DNA of 63,196 nt, counting the filler, from Chiloscyllium plagiosum (Eukaryota): the NCBI RefSeq assembly GCF_004010195.1. It is 5 parts of one record of this genome, joined end to end, with 100 filler letters (N's around TTAATTAATTAA, not from the genome) between each part and the next. Parts side by side here need not be neighbours in the genome. Positions count along the whole stretch, not along the records: positions 1 to 29,435 come from NC_057716.1; 4 more parts are not named here. One strand, 5' to 3'. A program made the translations under genes and the position numbers. The notes under the pieces were generated by a model. The model ran no database searches. It had not been told where the DNA came from and worked only from the letters and a program-made list of their open reading frames with translations. How positions within the stretch are numbered: position 1 is the stretch's first letter; each line of letters begins with the position of its first letter. This document shows positions 1 to 11,600 of the stretch, in pieces.

Positions 1-237
1 GCCTATCACCCTCACCTTAACCTCCTTCCACCTATCGCATTCCCAACACCCCTCCCCAAGTCCCTCCTCCCTACCTTTTATCTTAGCCTTTTTGGCACAC
101 CCTCCTCATTCCTGAAGAAGGGCTTATGCCCGAAACGTCAATTCTCCTGATCCCTGGATGCTGCCTGACCTGCTGTGTTTTTCCAGCAACACATTTTCAG
201 CTCTGATCTCCAGCATCTGCAGTCCTCACTTTCTCCT
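1..237 (+). mobile_element. Penelope-like element terminal repeat (family A) with a hammerhead motif at about 108-144
   Basis: Pyrimidine-rich tract, then CTGAAGA-A-GGGC/TTAT/GCCC-GAAAC-GTC, then the family A end cagtcctcactttctcc. A homologous sequence lies inverted next to the GIY-YIG fragment at 62002-62607. Confidence 0.7.
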
Positions 238-625
238 AATCATTATTTTATACACGATTATAAATATGGTGATTGTTTACATAAAGAAGCCTCTGATGTA
301 ACGTGGAAGAGATGTGTATTTGGTAAGTATGGTGGACTGTCACTTTAAGAGTCTGACCTCGTAATGATGCTGTTTGGAGGGAAACTGCTCAGTGTAACCT
401 GCTGACGACACAGTGAATACCTTCTTGACAAAGCTCCTGCTGATGTGGAACATTTTGGCTTCCTGGTCCTTGTTGGAATGTGACAGGAGTGAAATCTTAT
501 TTAAATGGAAACAATGTGCAGGGTTATGGGGGGAGATTGGCACTAAGTTAACATATTCAGAGAGCTGGTGCAAACACAATGGGCTGAATGGCCTGCTACA
601 ACGTAACAATTCTGTGGTACTGTAT

Positions 626-883
626 GATTAGATTACTTACAGTGTGGAAACAGGCCCTTCGGCCCAACAAGTCCACATTGACCCGCCAAAGTGCAACCCA
701 CCCAGACCCATTCCCCTACATTTACCTCTGCACCTAACACTACGGGCAATTTAGCATGGCCAATTCACCTAACTTGCACATTTTTGGACTGTAGGAGGAA
801 ACCGGTGCACCCGGAGAAAACCCACACACAGACACGGGGAGAATGTGCAAACTCCACACAGTCAGTCACCTGAGGCGGGAATT
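626..883 (-). mobile_element. 5'-truncated HE1-like V-SINE
   Basis: V-domain and tail homologous to 60034-60369. Confidence 0.8.
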
Positions 884-2360
884 ATTTATCTCAAGAGGGT
901 TGAAATATAAAAGCAGCGATGTGCTATTGAGACTTTATAAAGCTCTGGTTAGGCCCCGTTTGGAGTACTGTTTTGGTCCCCACACCTCAGGAGGGGGCGG
1001 GTCCAGCGGAGATTCACACGGATGATCCCTGGAATGGTAGGTCTAACATATGAGGAATGGCTGAGGATCCTGGGATTGTACTCATTGGAGTTTAGAAGGT
1101 TAAGGGGAGATCTAATAGAAACTTACAAGATAATACATGGCTGGAGAGGGTGGACGCTAGGAAATTGTTTCCGTTAGGCGGGGAGACTAGGACCCGTGGG
1201 CACAGCCTTAGAATTAGAGGGGGTAAATTCAGAACAGAAATGCGGAGACATTTCTTCAGCCAGAGAGTGGTGGGCCTGTGGAATTCATTGCCGCGGAGTG
1301 CAGTGGAGGCNNNNNNNNNNNNNNNNNNNNNNNNNNNNNNNNNNNNNNNNNNNNNNNNNNNNNNNNNNNNNNNNNNNNNNNNNNNNNNNNNNNNNNNNNN
1401 NNNNNNNNNNNNNNNNNNNNNNNNNNNNNNNNNNNNNNNNNNNNNNNNNNNNNNNNNNNNNNNNNNNNNNNNNNNNNNNNNNNNNNNNNNNNNNNNNNNN
1501 NNNNNNNNNNNNNNNNNNNNNNNNNNNNNNNNNNNNNNNNNNNNNNNNNNNNNNNNNNNNNNNNNNNNNNNNNNNNNNNNNNNNNNNNNNNNNNNNNNNN
1601 NNNNNNNNNNNNNNNNNNNNNNNNNNNNNNNNNNNNNNNNNNNNNNNNNNNNNNNNNNNNNNNNNNNNNNNNNNNNNNNNNNNNNNNNNNNNNNNNNNNN
1701 NNNNNNNNNNNNNNNNNNNNNNNNNNNNNNNNNNNNNNNNNNNNNNNNNNNNNNNNNNNNNNNNNNNNNNNNNNNNNNNNNNNNNNNNNNNNNNNNNNNN
1801 NNNNNNNNNNNNNNNNNNNNNNNNNNNNNNNNNNNNNNNNNNNNNCTTCCTATCGGAAAGATGTTGTGAAACTTGAAAGGGTTCAGAAAAGATTTACAAG
1901 GATGTTGCCAGGGTTGGAGGATTTGAGATATAGGGAGAGGCTGAACAGGCTGGAGCTGTTTTCCCTGGATCGCCGGAGGCTTGGGTGACCTTATAGAAGT
2001 TTACAAAATCTTGAGGCGCATGGATAGGATAAATAGACAAAGTCTTTTTCCTGGGGTGGGTGAGTCCAGAATTAGAGGGCGTAGATTTAGGTGAGAGGGG
2101 AAAGACATAAAAGAGACCTAAGGGGCAACTTTTTCATGCAGAGGGTGGTACGTGTATGGAATGAGCTGCCAGAGGAAGTGGTGGAGGCTGGTACAATTGC
2201 AACATTTAAAAGGCATCTGGATGGGTATATGAATAGGAAGGGTTTGGAGGGATATGGGCCGGGTGCTAGCAGGTGGAACTAGACTGTGTTGGGATATCTG
2301 GTCGGCATGGACGGGTCGGACCGAAGGGTCTGTTTCCGTGCTGTATGTCTCTATGACTCT
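884..2360 (+). mobile_element. CR1-type LINE 3' fragments on either side of an N gap
   Basis: RTRGHSL...FFSQRVV and [12 protein letters not shown] motifs. Confidence 0.82.
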
Positions 2361-2560
2361 ACATGCAAACTCACCACAGACAGTCACCCGTGGCAGGAAT
2401 TGAACCTAGGTCACTGGTGCTATGGGGCAGCAGTGCTAACCACTGAGCCACCGTACAGCCCATGGTCCAGGGTAGAGAGTTCACTTGGTGAAGCTCCTTG
2501 CTTCACACACTTATCACTAGCTCGTTACTAACTTGCTCTTTAATACGCAGTACCACGTAC

Positions 2561-2681
2561 CTGTTCAAACATGAAGGCAAACTCCACACCATTCTTTGCC
2601 ACATTCTCCACATCCAGGAAGCAGTAGAGCTTGAAATAGAGGCCAGAGAGCCTGGGACCACTCTCAGCACCGAGTTCCAGC
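2561..2681 (-). CDS. MYO10: MYO10-like exon M ([40 protein letters not shown]), FERM
   Basis: ctgcag|G ... CAG|gtacgt, 121 nt, phase 2 to 0; not in the ORF track; resembles MYO10 YFKLYCFLD...VEFAFMFEQ. Confidence 0.93.
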
Positions 2682-5600
2682 CTGCAGGGCACAGAGCACA
2701 GAGACGTTACACAGGAGGGGCACAGAGCCGTTACACAGGAAGGGGCACAGGGCCATAATACAGGAGGGGCACAGGGCCGTTACACAGGAGGGGCACAGGG
2801 CCATAATACAGGAGGGGCACAGGGCCGTTACACAGGAGGGGCACAGGGCCGTTACACAGGAGGGACACAGGGCCATAATACAGGAGGGACACAGAGCCGT
2901 TACACAGGAGGGGCACAGGGCCGTTATACTGGAGGGGCACTGGGTCGTTACACAAGAGGGGCACAGAGCCGTTACACAGGAGGGGCACAGAGCCATTACA
3001 CAGGAGGGGCACAGGGCCGTTATACAGGAGGGGCACAGGGCCATAATACAGGAGGGGCACAGGGCCGTTACACAGGAGGGGCACAGGGCCGTTACACAGG
3101 AGGGACACAGGGCCGTTACACAGGAGGGACACAGGGCCGTTACACAGGAGGGACACAGGGCCGTTACACAGGAAGGGCACAGGGCCGTTACACAGGAAGG
3201 GCACAGGGCAGTTACACAGGAGGGGCACAGGGCTGTTACACAGGAGGGGCACAGGGCTGTTATACAGGAGGGGCACAGGGCCGTTACACAGGAAGGGCAC
3301 AGGGCCGTTACACAGGAGGGGCACCACTCTCACCCTCACTCACTCAGAGTAGACCTTGGTGTAGTGATCGTGATATTAGACTCGTGATGCAGAGCTCCAG
3401 GTCAATGATTTGAGCACATGGATTTAAACCCTACCACAGCAGCTGGTTGCATTTAAAAGCATGTCTCACTTTCTGGATAGTGACCAGAAAGAATCAAATT
3501 GTTGCACAATATCCATTCTATTTACAATGTCCTTGAGAAAGGACATCCCTACCCAGTCTAGCCTACATGTGACTCCAGACCCACAGCAAATTTGAAGAGC
3601 AGCTATACTGTTCCTCTCTCTGAATTCTGCCAGTCCTGTTAGGTTTCTCCATCAATCAGTTTTTGTTCCCACAGTAATGTGGTTGATTGCTCCCTGAAAT
3701 GATGTGGAGATGCCAGGGTTGGACGTGGATGTGTGAATAGAGTCAGGTTATAGTCCAACAGGTTTATTAGATATTACAAGTGAAATAACCTGACAAAGGG
3801 GCAGTGCTCCGAGAGCTTCTGGTTTTAAATAAACCTGTTGAATTATAACCAGGTGTCGTGTGACTTCTAACTTTGCCCTCTGAAATGGCTGAGTAAGGCA
3901 CTCTGTTCAAGGGCAGTTAGGAATGGCCCCAAATGTTGGCCCAGTCAGTGAACCCACATCCCAAGAAAAAAAAATCCATTATCCCCTCCCACTAACTCTC
4001 ATCACTCCAGTACCGTGAGCACTGAGTCCTTCTCCCATTCCCAAGCCCTGCCCCAAACCAATCATTCCTGCATCAAGCTGATCCATCACCCCCTGTCTCT
4101 GACTCTCTCTCACTGTCTCTGACCCCGTCATCCCCCGTCTCTGACCCCGTCACCCCCCCACCCCACCCCGTCTCTGACCCCCTCACTCCCTGTCTCGGAC
4201 CCCGTCACCCCCTGTCTCTGNNNNNNNNNNNNNNNNNNNNNNNNNNNNNNNNNNNNNNNNNNNNNNNNNNNNNNNNNNNNNNNNNNNNNNCTCTCTCCCT
4301 GTCTCTGACCCCCCTCTCTCCCTGTCTCTGACCCCGTCCGCTGATATTTCCCTATTCAGAACCGTGAGTGACAGGTTCTCACCTCTCAAATTTTGCCAAA
4401 ATATCAGCGACAATGACCCGGCTCTCGATCGCCTTGTCACCATCCTCACTGTGTTCAAAGAGAGCGAACATATTCCTGCTGTTCTCCATCGCCAGGCCAC
4501 GGATTAACTTCTCGACAACCTGGAAACCAGCAGAAACGGGCAGCTCATTGTCACAGCCATTACCCCACCCGGAATAATCTCCCCCACCCTTCCTGAGAGG
4601 GTGTATCAGAAAATAATGCCTCCCCAAAAATGGAGTATCAAGAGAATAACTCTCACTTGTAGAGGGAGTATGAGAAAGTTTTGGGTGGCTCTGTTGTTTG
4701 TACTTTTTTATAAATTATGTGGATGAAAATGTCAGTGGTATGATTACAAAGTTTGCAGATGACTTGGAAATTGGGAGTTTTAGACAGTGAGGAAGATTAT
4801 CAAAGGATACAGCAGGATGTAGATCAGTTGAAAAGTTGTGTGGAGGAATGGCAGATGGAGTTTAATCCAGATAAGTGTGAGGTGATGCAGTATGGGAGGC
4901 CAAATACAAGAGGAAAGTATATAGTAGACGGCAGGACCCTTCAGGAGCATCAACATACAGCGTCCACAGCTCCCTGAAAGGAGCAACACAAGTGGATAAG
5001 GGATAAAGAAGGCACACAGCATGCTTACCTTCATCATCAAGGCACTGAGTATAAAAGTTGGCAATTCATGTTGCAGCTTTATAAACATTTAGTTAGGTCA
5101 CATTTGGAGTATTCTGTCCAGCTCTGGCCACCACAGTATAGGAAGATATGAAGACTTTGGAGAGTGATACAAAAATGGCTTCCCAGAATGTTGCATGGAT
5201 TGAAGTGTAATAGCTTTAAGGTTGAACGAGCTTGGATTTCGCGAGAGAGTCAGGAGCTGAATGCTGACTTGCTAGAAGTGTCTAAATTGATGGATAGACT
5301 GGATAGTTGGGGTCTCTTTCCCAGGGTGGAAATGTCAAATATTAGGGGGGATAGGTTTAAAGTGAGAGGGGCAAGTTTAAAGGAGATGAGGGTGATCGGT
5401 GCCTGGAATCAGGGAGGTGGGAGAAGTAAATACACTAGCAACATTCCAGAAGCATTTTGACAGACACATGTCCATCCAGGAAATAGAAGGATACAGGCCA
5501 CGTGCAGGCAGGTGGGAATGACTGAGCCACTGGCTGTGTGGTCGTTGGTTGTTGGGTTAATGGTGACTCACCTCTCCCGCTGTTGTGTGTGAGGTGATGG

Positions 5601-8600
5601 TGATTTTACAAGCTCCCCCACCATGACAGTAAACAGTCGTCACCATCTCCTGCCGACCAATCAATGCCTGAATCTCTTCCTGTGACGGCACAAACTCCCG
5701 CACTTTGGTTTTCTTAAGAGATTCGTTAATGAAATGGGCATATTTCTCAATCTCTGTCTCCAGGAACTGCTCCCTAATCCTGTGGGGAAACACAATTGGA
5801 ATCAGGCAGTGCCCAGCTATTCACTCAGAAAACAGACGATACAGAGAGAGAAAGAAACAAACCTCAGGGGAGAAGGGAATTGCCCCAGTAACTCTGTCCT
5901 GGAGGCGCTCCCCCAATGAAAAACTCACTCCCTCCCGAGAGACGTTTCCACAGAGAGATGCACCCACAGAGAGACACGCCCCCCCCAGAGAGACGCACTC
6001 CCCTCCGCCAGAGAGACGCACTCCGCCAGAGAGACGCACTCCGCCAGAGAGACGCACTCCGCCAGAGAGACGCACTCCGCCAGAGAGACGCACTCCGCCA
6101 GAGAGACGCACTCCGCCAGAGAGACGCACTCCGCCAGAGAGACGCACTCCGCCAGAGAGACGCACTCCGCCAGAGAGACGCACTCCGCCAGAGAGACGCA
6201 CTCCGCCAGAGAGACGCACTCCGCCAGAGAGACGCACTCCGCCAGAGAGACGCACTCCGCCAGAGAGACGCACTCCGCCAGAGAGACGCACTCCGCCAGA
6301 GAGACGCACTCCGCCAGAGAGACGCACTCCGCCAGAGAGACGCACTCCGCCAGAGAGACGCACTCCGCCAGAGAGACGCACTCCGCCAGAGAGACGCACT
6401 CCGCCAGAGAGACGCACTCCGCCAGAGAGACGCACTCCGCCAGAGAGACGCACTCCGCCAGAGAGACCCCCCCCCCCAGAGAGACGCACTCCGCCAGAGA
6501 GACGCACTCCGCCAGAGAGACGCACTCCGCCAGAGAGACGCACTCCGCCAGAGAGACGCACTCCGCCAGAGAGATCTCCCTGGGATATTGCTTTAGCATG
6601 CAATCAAAGCAGTTTGGAGACAAGGTGCATCACCCGCCCTGGTAATTCGTGAAGTGAGGGTTGTGGAAGAATACGGAGGTAGTCAGGAAGTGATACAGGA
6701 GTAGGCAGGTAGTGAGTGATGGGGCGGGGGAAGCAGCGGGGAACATGGGTAGAGGTTGGTGAGGGGAATGGTGGGAGGGAGGATGGAGGGGTGTGCAGAA
6801 TGGGGAGGTGGTATTGGGAGGACAATGGGGAGAGTGTGTCAGGATGGGGATGTTGGAGGGAGGGGGTGGGGGAAGAGGTGATAGCTGTGAAACAAACCTC
6901 TTCAGGTGGAACTTGAGGTAGCGAAGGATGGTGCGGCTGGGCAGGAAGGTGCAGCTCATGCAGCTGAGCAGCCGGCAGTGGTGCAGGTTCCCAGTGCTGT
7001 TTGGCTGAGGCATGTGGCTGGTTTGTTTGATGAGCTGACAGTAAACCTCATCCCGCAGCGATCTGAGGTCCTGGCAGGTTTGCAGGATTCCCTGTATGAT
7101 GGGAATAGGATCGGAGATGGCCTCAAGTTCTTGCAGAGAATGGAAGATCCTGACAGCTTCATCCTGTAGATTTGTGTATCCTTTCTCCTTTTGCACTACA
7201 GCCAGTGAGAGATGGAGGTGGTTAAACAGGGGAGACGGGAAGGAGGAGACAGGAAGGTAACAGGTTAGTCTGGAGTCAAAACACATTTAACTACTCAAAT
7301 AAATAATTTCCCAAAATCCTATCCTTTAACTCCGATTTCCTATCGGAAAGATGTTGTGAAACTTGAAAGGATTCAGAAAAGATTTACAAGGATGTTGCCA
7401 GCGTTGGAGGATTTGAGCTACAGGGAGAGGCTGAACAGGCTGGGGCTGTTTTCCCCGGAGCGTCGGGGGCTGCAGGGTGAACTTATAGAGGTTTACAAAA
7501 TTATGAGGGGCATGGATAGGATAAATAGGCAAAGTCTTTTCCCTGGGGTAGGGGAGTCCAGAACTAGAGGGCATAGGTTGAGGGTGAGAGGGGAAAGATA
7601 TAAAAGAGACCTAAGGGGCAACTTTTTCACACAGAGGGTGGTACGTGTATGGAATGAGCTGCCAGAGGAAGTGGTGAAGGCTGGTACAATTACAACATTT
7701 AAGAGACATTTGGATGGGTATATGAATAGGAAGGGTTTGGACGGATATGGGCCGGGTGCTGGCAGGTGGGACTAGATTGGGTTGGGATACTGGTCGGCAT
7801 GGATGGGTCGGACTGAAGGGTCTGTTTCCATGTTGTACATCTCTATGACTTTATGACACAACACCACATCAAAACTTAAAGTAAGAGCTCATGGTGCGAG
7901 AAGGAACATCTTATCATGGTCAAAGGATTGGTTAGCTCAGAGTGAGGACATTATTTTAATCACTCATGGGGTGTGGGGATCACTGTCTGGGCCCAGCATT
8001 TATTGCCTGTCTCCAATTGCCTGTTGAGAAGGTGGGGGTGAGCTGCCTTCTTGAACTGCTGCAGTCCATGTGCTGTAGGTAGACCCACAATGCCCTTAGG
8101 GAGGGAATTCTAGGATTCTGACCCAGTGACAGTGAAGGAATGGCGATATATTTCCAAGTCAGGATGGTGAGTGGCTTGGAGGGGAACTTGCAGGGGGTGG
8201 CATTCCCATGTATCTGCTGCCCTTGTCCTTCTAGATAGAAGTGCTTGTGGGTTTGGAAGGTGCTGTCTGAGGATATTTGTGAAAGTGGTGCCAATCAAGC
8301 GGCTGCTTTGTCCTGGATGGTGTCAAGCTTCTTTAGTGTGGTTGGAGCTGCACCCATCCAGGCAAGTGGGGAATATTCCATCATATTCTTGACTTGTGCC
8401 TTGTAGATGGTGGACAGGCTATGGGAGACAGGAGGTGAGTTACTCACTGCAGGATTCCCTGCCTCTGACCTGCCCTTGTAGCTGCTGTGTTTATGTGGCG
8501 AGTCTAGTTGAACTTCTGGTCAATGGTAACCTCAAAATGTTGACAGTGAGGGATATGATCTTAAAAATGTGTTGCTGCAAAAGCACAGCAGGTTAGGCAG

Positions 8601-11600
8601 CATCAAAGGAGCAGGAGAATCGATGTTTCGGGCATAAGCCCTTCTCCAGCAACACATTTTTAAGTTCTGGTCTCCAGCATCTGCAATCCTCACTTTCTCC
8701 TCGTGAGGGATATGATGTTGGTAACACCAGTGAATGTCTAGCAGCAGTGGTTAGATTGTTTTTTATCGGTGATGATCATAGCCTGGCATTTTTTGTGGCA
8801 TCAATGTTACTTGCCACTTGTCAGCTCAAACCTGGATATTGTCCAGATCTTGTTGCATTTGAACATGGACTGCTCCAGTACCTGAGTGGTGGTGAATGGT
8901 GCTGAACATTGTGTGATCATCAGCGACCATCCCCACTTCTGACCTTCTGATGGAGGGAAGATCATTGATGAAGCAGCTGAAGATGGTTGGGTCTAGGACA
9001 CTCCCCTGAGGGACTCCTGCAGAGATGTCCTGGAGCTGAGATGACTGACCTCCAACAACCACAACCATCTTCCTACGTGCCAGGTACAACTCCAACCAGC
9101 GGAGAGTTTGCCCCCTGATACCCATTGATTCCAGTTTAGCCAGGGCTCCGTGATGCCACACTTGATGTCAAGGGCTGTCCCTCTCCCTCCCCTCTGGAAT
9201 TCAGCTCTTTTGTCCATGTTTGACCCAAGGCTGCAATATAGTCAAAGGCTGAGTGGCCCTGGGGGAACCCAAACTGGGCAGTGCTGAGCAGGTTATTGCT
9301 GAGTAGGTGCTGCTTGATAGTTCTGTTGATGACCTTCCATCACTTTACTGATGACCGAGAGGAGACTGATGGGGCAGGAATTGGTCAGGTTGGATTTATC
9401 CTGCTTTTTATACATGGGACATAACTGGGCAATTGTCCACATCATCAGGTGGATACTGCCCTGTAACAGCTTGTTCTAGAGCACAAGCCTTCGGTACTAT
9501 TGCCGGAATGTTGTCAGGGCCCATAGCCTTTGCAGTATCCAGTGTCTGCAACAGTTTCTTGATATCATGTGGAGTGAATCGAATTGGCTATTGAGGGAGT
9601 GCAGCGTAGGTTCATGAGGTCAATTCCTGGAATGGCGGGACTACCTTACGCTGAAAGACTGGAGTGACTGGGCTTGTATACCCTTGAGTTTAGAAGACTG
9701 AGAGGGGATCTGATTGAGACATATAAGATTATTAAAGGATTGGACACTCTGGAGGCAGGAAACATGTTTCCGCTGATGGGTGAGTCCCGAACCAGTGGGC
9801 ACAGCTTAAATATACGGGGTAGACCATTTAGGACAGAGATGAGGAGAAACTTCTTCACCCAGAGAGTGGTGGCTGTGTGGAATGCTCTGCCCCAGAGGGC
9901 AGTGGAAGCCCAGTCTCTGGATTCATTTAAGAAAGAGTTGGATAGAGCTCTCAAGGATAGTGGAATCAAGGATAGTGGAATCAAGGGTTATGGAGATAAG
10001 GCAGGAACAGAATACCGATTAAGGATGATCAGCCATGATCATATTGAATGATGCTGCAGGCTCGAAGGGCAGAATGGCCTACTCCTGCACCTATTGTCTA
10101 TTGGCTGAAGACTGACATCTGTAATGCTGGGGTCCACTGGAGAAGACCAGAGAAGACCGAGATGAATCATCTGCTCGGCACTTCTGACTGAAGATTGTTG
10201 CCAATGCTTCAGCATTATCTTTTGCACTGGATGTGCTGGGCTCTTCCATCATAGAGACAGGGATATGCGTGGAGCCTCCTCCTCCTCCAGTGAGTTGTTT
10301 TATTCCCTGGAATGGGAGGTTATCTTATGAAGAAAGATTGAAGGGGTTGGTCCTGTAACCATTGGGGTTTAGAGAAATGAGAGATGATCTTATTGATGCA
10401 TAACAGAAAATGGGGGAGATACGAAACGAGTACTTTGTATCAGTATTTACTGTGGAAAAGGACATAGAAGATATAAACTGTAGGGAAGTAGATGGTGACA
10501 TCTTGCAAAATGTCCATATTACAGAGGAGGAAGTGCTGGATGTCTTAGAACGCATAAAGGTGGATAAATCTCCAGGACCTGATCAGGTGTGCCCTAGAAC
10601 TCTGTGGTAAACTAGAGAAGTGATTGCTGGGCCTCTTACTGAGATATTTGTATCATCGATAGTCACAGATGAGGTGCTGGAAGACTGGAGGTTGGCAAAC
10701 GTGGTGCCACTGTTTAGGAAGGGCAGTAAAGACAAGCCAGGGAACTACCAACCAGTGAGCCTGACGTCAGTGGCGGGCAAGATGTTGGAGGGAATCCTAA
10801 GGGACAGGATGTGCATGAATTTGGAAAGGCAAGGACTGATTAGGGATAGTCAACATGGCTTTATGTGTGGGAAATTATGTCTCACAAAATTGATTGAGTT
10901 TTTTTGAAGAAGTAACAAAGCGCACCATTTCTGCACTGACTCTGAGCATTTTAATTTTGTGCATTCTCCTGCTTTTCCCCATAACCCCACTGGTTTCTAT
11001 TTCAATAATCATCTAATTTCCTCTTTAATCCCTCAATTGAATCTGTTGCCACTTCATTTCCAGGCAGTGATCCCCTAGTTACTCGCTGTGTGAAATAATT
11101 GTTTTCTCATCTTGCATTTGCTTCTTTTGCAAAACATTTTAAATCTGTCCCCTTGATTCTTAATCATTTCATTGGAGGGAACAGCTTCTCTCTTTCTACT
11201 CTATCCAGCCTGCTCATGATTGTGACAATCTCCATCAAATCTCCTCTCAGCTTTCTTCTCTACAATCCATCCTCATTACTGAAGTTTCTCGTTTCTGAAC
11301 CATTCCCATAAAATGGCGTCTGCGCACTCTCCAATGTAGAGTTGAGGTCGCTATTAACTCAAGCCGTGGTCCTATAGAATAGTGGAAGAGGTCCCAGGGT
11401 GGAATGGTCTGTTACTGCTCCAGAATTTGATTTTCCTGATCCAGGGGCCTTGACTCACCCCGAACAATAACCCCTCCTCGAGCCCAACCCAAATTAACAT
11501 TTGTCGTATTTGAAGATTATTCAACTGGATGAGCATCAGTAATTGCTCCCATTCAGTGTGAAATCTGGAGTGGAGGGTGTTGAGTGTGATGTGAAGTCAT

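Noticed and set aside
340..631. 89-aa and 72-aa ORFs in unique sequence as a possible next MYO10-like exon
   Set aside because: No similarity to the expected FERM F2 sequence (AHEAVI...LAALRLQYLQGD) and no convincing splice sites.
1150..1988. Long ORFs spanning N runs (also 36403-37953 and the spacer regions)
   Set aside because: Artefacts of translating assembly gaps; the flanks are LINE fragments.
2664..3339. Cys-rich repetitive ORFs ([16 protein letters not shown])
   Set aside because: Translation of the 24-bp minisatellite; not a metallothionein or keratin-associated gene.
5705..6652. Long ORFs on both strands (PPERRT, RQRDAL, LSGGVR and AECVSL repeats)
   Set aside because: They are products of a stop-free 18-bp minisatellite inside a MYO10-like intron.
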